A stretch of 41,193 nt of DNA, from positions 1 through 41,193 of the forward strand of contig JAUCBJ010006209.1 in assembly GCA_032718475.1 (NCBI GenBank), read 5' to 3'. Position 1 is the first letter of the stretch; each line of letters starts with the position of its first letter. The notes beneath the pieces were generated by a model, which did no database searches, had not been told where the DNA came from, and saw nothing but the letters and a program-made list of their open reading frames with translations. Shown here piece after piece: positions 1 through 12,350 of the stretch. The stretch comes from Nemertoderma westbladi (Eukaryota; Animalia; Xenacoelomorpha). A program made the position numbers and the translations under genes.

Positions 1-931
1 ATACTGTAGTAGTCCTGCACAGTTTTATATCGGCGAAAATTAAAAAATAAATATTCAAACATTATCATAATTTAAAATAGTATATGCGGTCTGTCTATGC
101 CCTATGCGTCTCGCCCCAGATTATGGTATCTATCGTACTATCTTGGTTATAAGTGATGGTCCGCGCTAGATCTAAAATTAATTGTACGCCTAAGTACAAC
201 TTTACTAGTAGCATAAGGTTGTCCTTGGTGTACCCCACAAAGTTTTACGATTATTGTCGAGTAATTGCGATAACCGGCCGGAGTTGAAGATGCTGATTTT
301 AAAAAGTCAAGGGTGGGGGATAAAGTATGGGACGTACTTGTGCAACTTGTAGACGATGGTTGTGATATCGAAGAGGATGTTTCGATGTTTATCTCAAATA
401 ATTTAAAATTGAATTTAAGTTGTTTCAAATTTCGAATTAAGCAAGTATCTATTTTAGAATTACATATTGCTTCGCTGCATGTCGTTTCAGACACTTTTTT
501 GTAGTTACATAGCCCGCCATGCTTTAAGCTAACAACATTATAAGCCTTTAATAAAACGAAGACGTGTAACATTGCGGTCTGTGGAGTGGTAGCCTACAGT
601 AATCTACTTACCCAAAAAGCAAGAGTCCCTCCCTGTATGGCAAGATTGGCTATGTCGACCCGATGACACCACCTACCCATTATTCCTTATACTCTTGTTT
701 ACGGTATTAAAATAATTACAAATTCAGAACAAATTATTATATTTCTTAAAATATTTCATATATATGTGCTGTTATTATTAAATTATAATTTAATTATTAA
801 ATATTGGTTATTCTGGCAATTTTATCGTCCGATTTTTTTAGTTCAAATAATATATTTCACAAAATATTCTGAAAATAATTCACATTACAGTATTTATCCT
901 ATGATATTTTTTTCTAAATAACAAATAAACC

Positions 932-1696
932 ATGGCTACTAAATCTCTCTACGACAGACTCAGATACGATTTATTACCTCCTGTGTTTCTCATTCTGTTT
1001 ACCGCTGCGGCGCAACTCCTCGCCCTCACCGGCAACCCCGAGTCCACGTACTCCCCGATCCCTTCCTTGTTTGCGTGGCAGGTCGTTTTGCTCTTCTTCC
1101 TCTGGGCTTTCCTGTCACTCCGCCTGCCGGCAAGTAAAACCTTCGAGGGGCCTGTTGCCCCGGCTACCGGATACATTCCGATATACTCAGCTAACGGACT
1201 CCAGTACTACATCGTATCTATTTCCGCATTCGCAGCTATACATTTATACGAACCCAACATTTCAATATGGATTTATCACGATTTCTCTTCCATTCTTAGC
1301 GCTTTGAATATTTCTGCTTTTCTCCTCTGTTTTTTTCTCGTTTACAAAGCCCATCGTTTTCCCGAGAGCCCGAAAGAAGTAATAGACGATAAACTTCCGT
1401 TACTGTACCAGTTTTACCGGGGTTTGGAGTTGCATCCACGGATCGCTAAGGTTGACGTTAAACAGTTCACTAACTCTCGCGTTGGTATGTTGGGTTGGGC
1501 CGTGTTGTCTGTCGCATTCGCGGTGGCAGCTTGGCAACGCAACGGCTACGTCCCGGGATCTTTTGTCAACGCCGCACTAATTAATGTCTACCTTATGAAG
1601 TTTTTCTACTGGGAAACCGGTTATTTCAATACGTTGGATATAACGTTGGATCGAGCTGGTTACTATCTGTGTTGGGGGTGTCTCTGTTGGGTTCAG
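932..1696 (+). CDS. DHCR7: 7-dehydrocholesterol reductase-like sterol reductase (ERG4/ERG24 family), coding exon 1
   Basis: ATG at 932. Multi-TM protein with motifs YSANG, FYRGLELHPRI, DVKQFTNSRVGMLGW, KFFYWETGYFNTLDITLDRAGYYLCWGCLCWV. Ends CAG|gtaggt at 1696/1697, phase 0 (255 codons). Confidence 0.9.
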
Positions 1697-1981
1697 GTAG
1701 GTATATTTTATTTTACTCCAATCACAATATTTGATAACAAATAATCGATTTAAATTTACCGTCATTCATAATATAATTATTATAATAATTTCTGGAGCCA
1801 AATCGTTAGTTCGACTTAAACTACTATACATAAATCTACTAAAATAATAATTTATCTTGGTTCTACTTAATATATTCTACCTAATAGACAAAAAAACTAA
1901 CAAATTGACTTTATACCCTATTCTCAGTTATCTGTGTTCTACTTTATTAATTTCTACACGATCTCTGTGTTCTACTTACAG

Positions 1982-2170
1982 ATTTTCTACACATTCTCTG
2001 GTTACTACTTGGTTGCCTACCCTAGCCAATGTACCACAATGGAGTCACTACTAATCCTTCTTCTGGGGCTTGTCTCCATCACGTTAAACTACATTGTAGA
2101 CAGACAAAAGGAAACATTTAAATCTACAAGCGGAAGCTGTCGAATTTGGGGACAACCTGCAAAGTATATG
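1982..2170 (+). CDS. DHCR7: DHCR7-like, coding exon 2
   Basis: Acceptor ttctacttacag|ATT, donor ATG|gtatgt, 63 codons. IFYTFSGYYLVAYP...NYIVDRQKETFKSTSGSCRIWGQPA continues the sterol reductase motif order. Confidence 0.88.
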
Positions 2171-3099
2171 GTATGTAAAACAGCCTAAGTAGAACTAAAA
2201 CTAATTCAATTGTAGACAGTTGTGGGCGGTTATTAAACCCAAAATACGAAAACGATTATGGTCAGATTGGGGCGGGCGTCTGAATCGTCGCAAATGCCAT
2301 CTGATTATTCCCAAAAATAAATATTTAACCTGTTATATTGACTTTCGTCGCAATAACAATAAATGTCACAACAACAACATAACAATAACATCGCAATAAA
2401 TTAGACGCAAATAACAGCTGGTTATTCCCAAAAATATAACTATAACATGTTCTAATGAATTTCGTTTATTGTTTTGGTTAGAATAACGTGTCATTTCCCA
2501 TTTCATATTTGGCGTTGTCGGCAGCACTTCGATTTTTGTTCGTGATTTTATTAACGAAATGTGACATGCATGGTTATTCACACCAGTAACCGACGCTAGG
2601 TCTAACTGGCATGAGTAGGAATATACACGTCCCAGCCTACACTTGTTGCCAAGGAGACTGAACACTTATGGACGATGTGGGCAAGAGTCAGTTGAATTCT
2701 AGATCTCTCGTAACCCCACCGGTAGCTGAGGTAATTCAGCTAACCTCGTCAATAAATACCCAATCTACATGATTCTTATAAGCTATTTTCTTACATAACT
2801 TAAGAAAGCGATTTATATATTCCAATTTATATTGCAGATATCATTTTTTGTTATTGCCATTTTAGCCATTTTAGAAACTAGCTTAATTTTAGAAAATTCA
2901 TTATTAAATGTAATTTTGTTATTTTGAACTTAGGTGCACTTAATTTGTGATTTTCTCATCCCGCGTTGTTTAATAAATATTTGTTTGGTTTTTACCCTAT
3001 ATTATATATACAAACACAATCGCACCCAGGTGATTTTCTAAGGAATCATTTTATTTGTCAAATGTACATTTTAATAAATTTCGATTTACGGTGTACGTG

Positions 3100-3395
3100 T
3101 TATACATGTACACCGATCTCTCCTCTCTCTTGGCTGTTACCTGTAAGGCAGGGAGGCGTCACACTAACTCCCAAGGGTGAACACTTTACAACTATCTAAC
3201 CCTTTATTTACTCCCCCCAGCAAGGCCGGTTCCCATTGTACCGCTGGGTTCGCGTAAACGTACTAATGTCTAAAGCGTCTTGCTTAGGGACACAACAATG
3301 CGAAATTTATACAACGTTTAGTTGGATTTGAACCTACGCCGTCAAACACTATTGTGAAAGCAGTTCAGGCGCCGTATCCACTCGGGCACTGCGAC
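3100..3395 (-). mobile_element. tRNA-derived SINE with conserved central domain
   Basis: Minus strand: A-box-like GTGCCCGAGTGG and B-box GGTTCAAATCC, followed by TTGTGTCCCTAAGCAAGACGCTTTA and CCCAGCGGTACAATGGGAACC, which resemble central domains of widespread metazoan SINEs. The 3' boundary is approximate. Confidence 0.7.
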
Positions 3396-4158
3396 ACTTT
3401 TACTGTTTTATTAACAATTAGTTAGTTTTAGTAACAATTAAAGTTTTTGGATTTATTTTATCTTACCGGTATATACTGTATATTTTATTGCGTATTTTAT
3501 AGTTGGACATGGATCGGAAAAATATACCGGTATATCATATAATCTTCAGAATAATTAAAGTTATAATTGTCATTTTCCGTAAGGTACCTGCGATTCCTAA
3601 TTACTTTCAGTTTCAGTCTGTGGGCTGTGCGGGGCGAGCCACGAAGTTGGCGGAGCCTTAACGAACTGACACTACTGTATTAGGGGGGTGAATCAATAAT
3701 GGCAAATAGTTGTTGTCGTGGTCAACCATCGTTCATTTTGATATGCTAACAACTTTGTCGGACTTTTTCGGTAAACATTTGAGTTTTAATTTTCCTACTA
3801 TACCGTATCCTATTGGTTAATATTAATATGCCAATATCCAATGTGGTCAAAATCTATAATAACACACATGTTATACGGTCAAAAATGGCGATCTATAATA
3901 CTGTAGTAGGCCATGTCTGCGTCCATTTTTGAAGGGATAATATGAATATAGTTAATGATCTTATTTAGTAAGTTAAATGTTGTTTTTATATTAATTAATA
4001 ATTTTATTAATTTTGTTGATTATTTAAATAGTTTTTATCTCAAAAACTAAAAGAAGTTATATCTGATATGCAGATTTAACCATTAAATACACCGGAAAAT
4101 TATCTATTAAGCCAAATTAAATATAGAATACGTCCAAATTTTGACTTTCTTGGTAAAC

Positions 4159-4603
4159 GTCAAAGTCATTGCTGGTGACCTGAATGCGCAAATTGGCCTA
4201 GAAGACATCAAGGGTTACACATATAACACCAGTTCGAACAGAAATGGGTGCTTAGGCCTACTCTTAGACCTAATGGAAGAATGTGAATTGATACCAACAA
4301 AGAAAACATTCGCAAAGAGTAAGGGGAAGCTATGGACCTTTCAATACCCTAATGGAACCAAAGCACAACTGGATTACATCCTTATAAACAAAAAGTGGAG
4401 AAACAGCATGATCAACTGCGAGGCATACAGCTCGTTCAACCTAATTGGTTCGGACCACAGAATTAGGACTGCAGAGATCAGACTCAGTTTGAGAGCCAGC
4501 AAACCCAGGACAAGCAAGCAAATCAACTATGACTTGGAGCAACTCAGAACTGACAATGCAGTAAAGGATGTTTACACAGTAGAAGTTAAAATCAGCTTTG
4601 AAG
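4159..4603 (+). mobile_element. LINE fragment, AP-endonuclease domain (RTE/RTE-X-like)
   Basis: IAGDLNAQIG, NRNG, WTF, AQLDYILI, GSDHR endonuclease motifs; truncated at both ends. Confidence 0.85.
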
Positions 4604-4653
4604 TACAGTACTGTACTTCAGTCAATATTAAGTCGTATCCTACGTATTGACTT

Positions 4654-4745
4654 AATTCGTTGCCTTGAATTTTGAATTCACATCTCTGGATCCTGGTGCC
4701 AATTCGTTGCCTTGAATTTTGAATTCACATCTCTGGATCTTGGTG
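4654..4745. repeat. Local tandem duplication, 47-bp unit x2
   Basis: aattcgttgccttgaattttgaattcacatctctggatc(c/t)tggtg occurs at 4654 and 4701. Confidence 0.85.
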
Positions 4746-5801
4746 GCCAGGGGGCCAGGTAAGTTTTCGTTTCGGCACCAAAGATGTAAAGGGACTAGCC
4801 ACTAGACAGGCGCATCTCTGCCTTGCCTTGCATCCTTAAATGGTAGCTAGATGAGTTCTGGAGTTTCCTCTGGGGTGTATAGTTCTGGGGGGACCGCACT
4901 GGAAATAAGTCGTAAGGTTTATGATAGGCCTACTGTATGTATTGAATAATGTGACTTGTAATGGCCTAACGACTGAAGAAAACTTTGTTTTTACTTCAAC
5001 CGGTAAGAAATCGGGCGGTCAAACTACAGTATATATCTCTATATATCGCAAATGTCATGCGATCTCTTTAATTGGGATATTTAATTTGCAGACAAATTAG
5101 GGAAGAGGGTGTCACCGTACAGTTCACTGTAAAAAGACTAAATGTAGATGCAAATTTAAAAAATAGAGGTGAACACAACTGGCTTGTTTTTTTAAAATAT
5201 TCATTCCTTTTGGCACTACTTTGTTGTTTTATATTCAATTTATCGGCAATTTATATGCTTTTATATTTCACAATAAAATCATAATAATATTGTCGAATAG
5301 GCCTAAACTAAACAATATTGTTATATGTTTATTACCAACGTTGTTACATATTACATTGTCTTCTATGAATGGCTGGTGCCTGTGATTGCAATGTAAGCCT
5401 ATGTTAAGGTACTTTACCAAGTTTATCACACTCTAATGAAATCTCATGACAATAACTGCGACTACATGGTGTGTGTTGCTAACCCTTATTCAAATAAGAA
5501 ACAAAAAATCAATTAAATTTTCAACTACTACTCTGGTATATCATCATTAAGCTTCACTCCATAGGAACTTGTATAACCAAACACATATAACGCAGGGATA
5601 TGCAGGTACATATAATCAAACACGTATGTTTGTGATTTAGACTACTGTAGGCCTATACTGAAATTTTATCTGGACACATTGTGTACATTTCAGTACAATT
5701 GTATTGTATTACAAACTGTGAAATCCAAAAAAGCCATTATTACTTGAGAAGTGATAATATTATCATATTATACAGATAATATTATTTTTCGACATTCAAA
5801 A

Positions 5802-6488
5802 ATGGGATATTCTAAAGCACTCTATGCTCTTTACCTTATGGTAAACATTACCTTGTGTTATGGCCTTACGTGCTATAATGAATTGGAATTAAGCATTGCA
5901 TCTACCGACGCGGTTTTACTGAACGAGATGGAGAACAAACTCGCTAAGCTGATAGATAGCAATAGAGAATGGTTTGCTGATTTTGGACTATCCACTAGTC
6001 ACCATGACATCCAGAACATTCGATACAATTGCACAGAGTGTATGTACTTTTTCATCCGAACAATAGGTGTTGATGAAAAAAGTGGCGAAGAGGTAATGGG
6101 TGAAATGAAAAGAGAAGCATGTATAAGTAAGGAAAGTGATTTCACTTGGGATCAGTTGTGCTTACCTCTCAATGAAGAGAAGAATTGTCGAACCTTTTTC
6201 GACTCACTGAAGCAATCTTACAAAGAGGCAAGAGATGATGACGAATATTTTCGTATTTGGTTAGGGGTTATGAACCATATGTTTCATGGCCTCACCGTTT
6301 CCTACGATTCTTGTCAAGTTTATTGTTGCGGTGATCTCCAATGCACCGCTCCCATACCATCATGGGAAGTCGAATTAGCTACAACTAGCAGGCCGACTGT
6401 TACTGACATCGAGGTGACGAGTGGTTCAGTTGTCACGAGAGCGCGAACTCACTTGGTTGTGGTGGTGGTGATATTCAGTAGAATATAA
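5802..6488 (+). CDS. Nested single-coding-exon gene: putative secreted/GPI-anchored Ly6/uPAR (three-finger)-like protein, 228 aa
   Basis: ATG at 5802. Signal-peptide-like MGYSKALYALYLMVNITLCYG followed by LTCY, spaced Cys ending CQVYCCGDLQC, then a Ser/Thr-rich stalk and hydrophobic tail LVVVVVIF. Uninterrupted 687-bp frame in AT-rich DNA; AATAAA at 6615. The family call rests on Cys pattern only. Confidence 0.65.
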   Translation: MGYSKALYALYLMVNITLCYGLTCYNELELSIASTDAVLLNEMENKLAKLIDSNREWFADFGLSTSHHDIQNIRYNCTECMYFFIRTIGVDEKSGEEVMGEMKREACISKESDFTWDQLCLPLNEEKNCRTFFDSLKQSYKEARDDDEYFRIWLGVMNHMFHGLTVSYDSCQVYCCGDLQCTAPIPSWEVELATTSRPTVTDIEVTSGSVVTRARTHLVVVVVIFSRI

Positions 6489-7030
6489 ATACAAACATAT
6501 TTTATGCAGAACTAGAATATTACTTCACATTTCTTCAGTAGTTGTTTCTGTTAGTTAAGAATCACTTTACTCTTGGGTATCAATTTTACATTATGTTTTG
6601 TTTAATTTACATTTAATAAATGCAGGACCTAAAGACTCCAAAACAGTCTATAATTTTCTGCTACGGGATAGGCCCTACTGAACTGTACCTTTGTTTAAGT
6701 AATACTTTTAGTAAATTACTTTCACATAATATTTTCCCCTATATCCTAGGCCTACTATACTACAGTATACAGTTAGTAGGCCTAGATGAATCAGGAAGCA
6801 GCTATTTCCGATTTCCTGTAAATGGCTGCCGCGCATCAGCTGATAAAAATGTTTTCTAAATTGTTACGGTAGGCCTACAGTACCTCAAATGAACCCATCT
6901 AAGACTGCCTCTCTATAGCTGACAAATTTCAACGGAGTTAGAAATCCCAGGATATATTACATTTGCAGATTGGGGATTCTCGTAGCGATCAACAACGCAT
7001 CCCCTCCAGTGGAAAATCGCCACAAATAAC

Positions 7031-7381
7031 AATGAAACTGCAACCTGTTCTATTGTCTTTGTGTATTGTTTTGGTTAGAATGCGTGCCACTGTAACCTGC
7101 TCATTTCCCCAGATGAGGGAGGGGGGAGGGGGGGGGGGGGGGGGGGGGTTACTGGACGCAATAAAAATTCATCCCTATCTAGGGGAAATTGGACGCAAAT
7201 AACCGTTGATTACTCTCAAAAATGAAACTGTATCCTGTTCTATTGTGTTTAATATATTGTTTTGGTTAAAATAATGTGCCACTGTAACCTGCTCCTTTCC
7301 CTAAATTGATAATTTAACATTGAGGCGGGATATTAATTCGCCAAGATGGGATTTGCGTCCAGTCCCCCCCCCCCCCCCCCC
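7031..7381. repeat. Dispersed repeat/MITE remnant: ~80-bp direct duplication and poly-G/poly-C inverted ends
   Basis: aatgaaactg..cctgttctattgt...gtgccactgtaacctgctc at 7031 and 7221. (G)n-ttactggacgca at ~7125-7160 is inverted to tgcgtccagt-(C)n at ~7353-7381. The ttgttttggtta(g/a)aat motif recurs at ~2470 and ~30441. Confidence 0.6.
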
Positions 7382-7936
7382 TGTCTCCATTTCCTTAAAT
7401 ATAATTGATAATTTAACGTACGACGTGGTATACAGTACTGTATATCGCTACACTTTGGGAAATTATTGTGCAACACTGATGGTCGAATTTGAATTTAATG
7501 GCATGAACATAAACAAACAAGTTATAAAACCATTAACAAGAATTTAGACAAATGTGGCATCGCCACTGAAGTAAAATAGGCACCCAGCCATAAAACACCA
7601 CTGGGTTATATGATATGTACTACAGTATATGCACAAAAAGTGCTTAAAATTTAAAATCAAATTTAAAAAATAATTAAAACTATCTAAATATAGTTAAGAG
7701 TAAAATGAAAACCAAGGTAGAGTAAAATATTGAGTTATTGCTTGGTATCTGTGCACTTATGATATATCGCACATCTTTTTGGCTATTTGTTATTTCTTAG
7801 TTCCATTCAGTCGGGGTGGAGGGGTGGGCAGATAGCCTCAATTGTGGTCTTCCAGGATCCCTTGCATATATGCAGCAGATCAGTTCGGGATAGGTTCTTT
7901 TTAAATACTTTGAGTGATGGCGACATTAGGACTATA

Positions 7937-8517
7937 CTGCCCTCCTAAGGCAAAACCATGTAACTCAAAAAATCGAGTTTTGAGAAAAATCAACCTAAAG
8001 TTAACGAATCTGCCCGAAAACATGTGAATGTCTGTGTGAACATTTTCAACACTAAAGTTTAGTCAAATAGTTTACTTAAATACCTAGAAAGTCTTAGAGC
8101 TCCAAACTTGAGCTAGCTATTTAAAAAATGTATTTTATTTTGATTTTCGAGTTACATGGATTTTCCTTACAAATTCTAACCAGTTTAATTATATTACATC
8201 ATGTAAATTATATAAATTTCAACAGCTGTTCCTAATCCAAAACAATGTAACTCGCATGAGATACATGGTGTATGCTTATAGTTACTGTAGTTACATGGAG
8301 TGTCATTATCACATTAGGGTTACATGGTTCTGCCTTGGCATGCCTTAACAAATTCATATAATTTAGTTACATTCTACCCCCTTTTTAAACCCTTTAGAGT
8401 TTAGATGCACTCTATTAAGTTCTACCACCAGATAGAGCACGCCGTAAGCTTTAAAATGATACCAATATCTCATTTTCGTCAAAATTCAAGTTACATGGGT
8501 CTGCCTTAGGACGGCAG
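7937..8517. mobile_element. Non-autonomous DNA transposon (MITE), TA-flanked
   Basis: Imperfect TIRs CTGCCCTCCTAAGGCAAAACCATGTAACT / AGTTACATGGGTCTGCCTTAGGACGGCAG with TA on both sides; internal CATGTAACT/AGTTACATG motifs in both orientations. Confidence 0.8.
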
Positions 8518-8521
8518 TATA

Positions 8522-9690
8522 ATGGGAAGAGAGTTCCAGGTAGGAGGGATATGGCGGACAGTGAAATGATGCTGGTAAATAGCAACATTTGAACGGGGTC
8601 GCTCTATTTTCCATTGGTGTCCTCCCGTTCTTGAATTAGAAGCGACGTGGAAGTAAACTGACTGACCACTTCGAATAATTTTATACATTTCAGTGAGGTC
8701 GATTTTGACCCTGCGCTTTTCAAAAGATTTGCAATTCAATTTAGAGTTAAACCAGAGAGCCCAGGCAACCACCTAGTAAACTCTCTTCGTACCCGTTCTA
8801 CAATAATCTGTTTATATCTTTGTCAAGCATTGGAGACCAAATTGAGCTATTGTATTCGAGAATGAGTCGAACAAATGTCGAACAATTCGACATGTTCACT
8901 AAACAGTAAATCCTTTGAAATTATAATTCCAAGGTCTTTGTTACACTCATTAGCTTTCAGCGGATTTCCATTCATATTATAAGTGTGAATTACTGTAGTG
9001 GAAGAGTTGGGGGCCATAAGTGAAACTAGACAAAACACTTTTTAACATTAAACACCATATTCCAATCAGAAGCCCAACTAAGAAGAGAAACGATGTCTTG
9101 CTGCAAGTATAATGCATCATAATTGTTTGAAATATGTAGGTAGAGCTTTGTATCATCTGCATATAATTTAACAAATCTAAGATACCACCTTTTATATGAG
9201 TTGGGTCAGAGATAAGCTGATGCAGATTAAGGTCCAAGATTGATTCTAGAAATCTAGCCGTGATAAATTGGAGCTGGGCAAGGAATATTCCAATCTATGT
9301 GCCGAAAATTAAAGTCGCCTGTAATTTAGAGTTTGGAGATTCGAATAAAGGGGAACAAATGTCTTTAAATCTTCAATGAAAGAGAGGTAGTTAAAGGAAC
9401 ATTCTGGTGCCATATACGGGTCCGAAATATAAACACAGCCAATCCGAAAGGGAACACTATACCTACACATTTAGGTCAACCCAGATACTTTCCCCTTTAT
9501 GAGGGAGATCTACTTCAGAGAGCAGCAATCATTGGAGACAATCATTGCTACACAACCGCCACGGTTTGGATAATTTTGGACGATTCCCAAAAATATCGTC
9601 AGATTCTTCTTCAAGAAGATAAGTTTCTGTTAAACAGATAATTAGGGGATTAGCGTTGAAAGTAGATACCAGTAACTTCAAGGCAGAAAT
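8522..9690 (-). mobile_element. Decayed, internally deleted CR1/L2-like LINE
   Basis: Minus-strand peptide remnants IICLTETYL, RGGCVA, ITGDFNF, LHQLISDPTHIKGGILDLL (endonuclease), then KDLGIIISKDLLFSEHV, DLTEMYKII, SRTGGH, WNSLP (CR1 ORF2 C-terminus). RT core is missing; frameshifted. Confidence 0.8.
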
Positions 9691-10194
9691 TTTATTTATT
9701 TAGTTGCTATTTATTTGTTATTGCTATGGCTTCGACTGTACTGTATTACAACTGTTTAACGGCTAATCATTACATTAATAAAGATATTAATTTTTAGTTA
9801 GACACACATGGAGGGAACAGGGAGGTGAAATAAAGGAAATTCATTTTCCTAAAATGCTGACTTTTGCCTTTAAATACCTATTGTTTATTTTCCGGAATAT
9901 AAGTAGGCTAGGCCTACTGATGACAATAATTAAAATTAATAAATAATACTGTAGTAGTAAATAATATTTATATACAGTAGTACAGTAGTAGGCCTAATGT
10001 TAACATCTGCTTTCCGTATCATTAATCAGAAACCGTAATTCGTTGCATTTTTCGGATATTAGGCCTACTGGTATAAAACTACCAGACACACCATGTACAG
10101 TAGTAAATAATCTCCCTCCTACCGTTTATCCACCTACTTTATTTCCCTCCCCCACTGTATCGATTCACTTTTCTTCCCTACTTGTTATTTTTAG

Positions 10195-10491
10195 GAGGTG
10201 ACCTACCGAGAAACCGGTAGCGGGGACCTACGGACCAGCCGTCTGTTACTCAGTGGCTTCTGGGGCGTGGCCCGACACACCAACTACGTATTCGAGACTT
10301 TGTTGGCCCTCGCCTGGTGTCTGCCAGCCGTACACTACGGGTATCCCGCCTTTATGTATCCCGTGTTTATTCTAGTTCTTCTCATCCATCGAACTTTCCG
10401 GGACGACGAGAAGTGCCGCTCCAAATACGGAGAACATTGGACGCAGTACTGCGGAAAAGTTCCATATAAAATGATCCCTTACTTGTTTTAA
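10195..10491 (+). CDS. DHCR7: DHCR7-like, coding exon 3 (last)
   Basis: Pyrimidine-rich acceptor ttatttttag|GAG. LLLSGFWGVARHTNY and HRTFRDDEKCRSKYGEHWTQYCGKVPYKMIPYLF* are ERG4/ERG24 C-terminal signatures. AATAAA at 10574. Joined CDS is 416 aa. Confidence 0.92.
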   Translation, partial: EVTYRETGSGDLRTSRLLLSGFWGVARHTNYVFETLLALAWCLPAVHYGYPAFMYPVFILVLLIHRTFRDDEKCRSKYGEHWTQYCGKVPYKMIPYLF

Positions 10492-10677
10492 CACTTAAGA
10501 GTACTCTATAACTAACAGTTGAATGTTAGCGGTTACTAACGGTTCGACATTATATTGGCGTACGCGATTGATTAATAAATACCCGTTCCCCGTATGTTTT
10601 ATTATAATCATTGTTGGGCGAGCTTAAAAAGTAAAATAAAGTTTTAACTACTGTATATCGCATAACTTATTATCATA

Positions 10678-11745
10678 CGGCAGCTCCAAACCAAAACCCA
10701 TATGTAAATTTTTTTCGAAATCGAGTTTTTTCGATTTTTGCGGTTTTTGGGGGCGTAGAATTCATCTGACTCAGTTTCGAAACCATAGCACGAACTGATT
10801 TCGCAGTATTAACAATAAATTAATTAACTAATTAGCTAATTTAGAGCAAATACCACGTCGAAACACAGTAATGCTAGTTACTAGGTTTCGTGTATCCTTT
10901 CTGGTGTTATTTTGAAAAAGTTACTCCATCAAAACCCAGTATGTACTCAAAAATCCCAAGATCCTACGCCAAAACCCAGTAACTGCACTTACTGGGTTTC
11001 GAGCAAAATTCTTTACTGGGTTTTCACATGGTATTTTCTGAACAAAATTGAGTATCGTGTCCGAAAGACAAATTGTCCAAGTCAAAACCCAGTATGTATA
11101 TTGATAATGTCAGATTTACCACGTCAAAACCCAGTAAACAGAGTTACTGGGTTTCCAGCAGTTTGAGATACTGGGTTTTGACGTGGGATTTCCCGAATGC
11201 AGATACTATGCCAAACCAAAACCCAGTAACTCCGGCAACGCAACAGACGTAGACAAATAATTAAATGTTCTAGAATATTATATTCTAGAATGTTGCCTCT
11301 TTATTTTCGCTAACCGTTGGCGAAGGAAGTCAGAGTTACTGGGTTTTGGCGAAGGGGCTTGTCAGTTACTTGGTTTTGGCATGGGAAAGGTAACTGATTG
11401 GAAAAGTTAAATGTTAGTTTACTGGGTTTTGGTGTGGGCAAATTAGTTACTTTGTTTTGAAATGGGAATCATGACGTTACTGAGTATTGATGCATCAAAA
11501 ATCACAATTATTTTCTTTTCTACCATACCAAAACCGTGTAAGTCGATTTATATGAAAAGTAAAGAATAAATTTAAAAAAAGTTTTGGCACTAATATATAT
11601 GTACAATTTGTAAAGGTACACAAAATTATAACTCATCAAATTAAATTTTAACCAAATGCCAGCTGTTTAAAGTCCAAAAACTTTAAACGCGATTATCTCG
11701 AAAAGTCAAAAAATGTACTTACTGGGTTTTGGTTTGTAGCTGCGG
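10678..11745. mobile_element. Non-autonomous DNA transposon (MITE), TA TSD, with AAAACCCAGTA motif array
   Basis: TIRs CGGCAGCTCCAAACCAAAACCCA / TGGGTTTTGGTTTGTAGCTGCGG, TA on both sides; AAAACCCAGTA/TACTGGGTTT repeated many times in both orientations. Confidence 0.82.
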
Positions 11746-11749
11746 TACT

Positions 11750-12350
11750 GTGGGGCGAGACACGTAGTCGGCGAGCCTTTGCATACGGTTCATATAGGGC
11801 AAATGGGGCATGTCCGTCTGTCTGTCTGTCTGTCCGTCTGTCTGGTAAATGTTTGAACGCGAATTTCTCGGCATCGCTCGTTCGGAATTGAACCAAACTT
11901 AGTAGGTAAGTAGTAGAGAGAAAGTTTAGAAAGTTTGGTGAAAAATCATGCAGTCTGACGTCAGCTACGACAGATTATGTGGTTTTTAGAAAATGTTAAA
12001 TTTCTCGGGAAGGCCTCATTTTCCTGAGCTGAAATTTTGGTGGCCTGTAGAGAATCATGAAGTCTATCTTTTACGAAATTGAAAAGTTAAGACATTTAAT
12101 TGGGGATCCGCTAGAGACTCAGAAGTAATGACATAGGCCTACCGGTACGGTACTGCTGTACAGTGCTGCACTGGTAAGTACGAAATTGCAGAATAACAAT
12201 TTGACACCACCTAGCGGATTAACATATGATTGTATATCGAATGAATACATTTATAGCATGGGATATGGGGTCCAAACTAGACATGCCCCATTTGCTCTAT
12301 ATGAACCGTATGCCAAGGCTTGCCGACTACGTGCTGCGCGAAGTCCCCAC
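11750..12350. mobile_element. DINE/Helentron-like non-autonomous element bounded by ~65-bp inverted repeats
   Basis: cacgtagtcggcgagcctttgcatacggttcatatagggcaaatggggcatgtc (11761-11814) is inverted at 12280-12333. Internal (GTCT/GTCC)n microsatellite and accaaactt/ctgaaatttt motifs resemble DINE-like elements. Confidence 0.6.

Noticed and set aside
147-572. 141-aa minus-strand ORF with a Ser/Thr-rich stretch
   Set aside because: No recognisable domain or clear splice context; it may be an exon of a divergent gene but cannot be supported from sequence alone.
3320-3395. tRNA gene (likewise 38357-38431)
   Set aside because: A and B boxes are present but there is no proper acceptor stem or cloverleaf; treated as SINE heads.
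7121-7148. Poly-G/C tracts as functional G-quadruplex elements (also 7363, 14910, 16007, 30528, 36637)
   Set aside because: Several coincide with ends of TIR elements, homopolymer lengths are unreliable, and there is no independent evidence of function.
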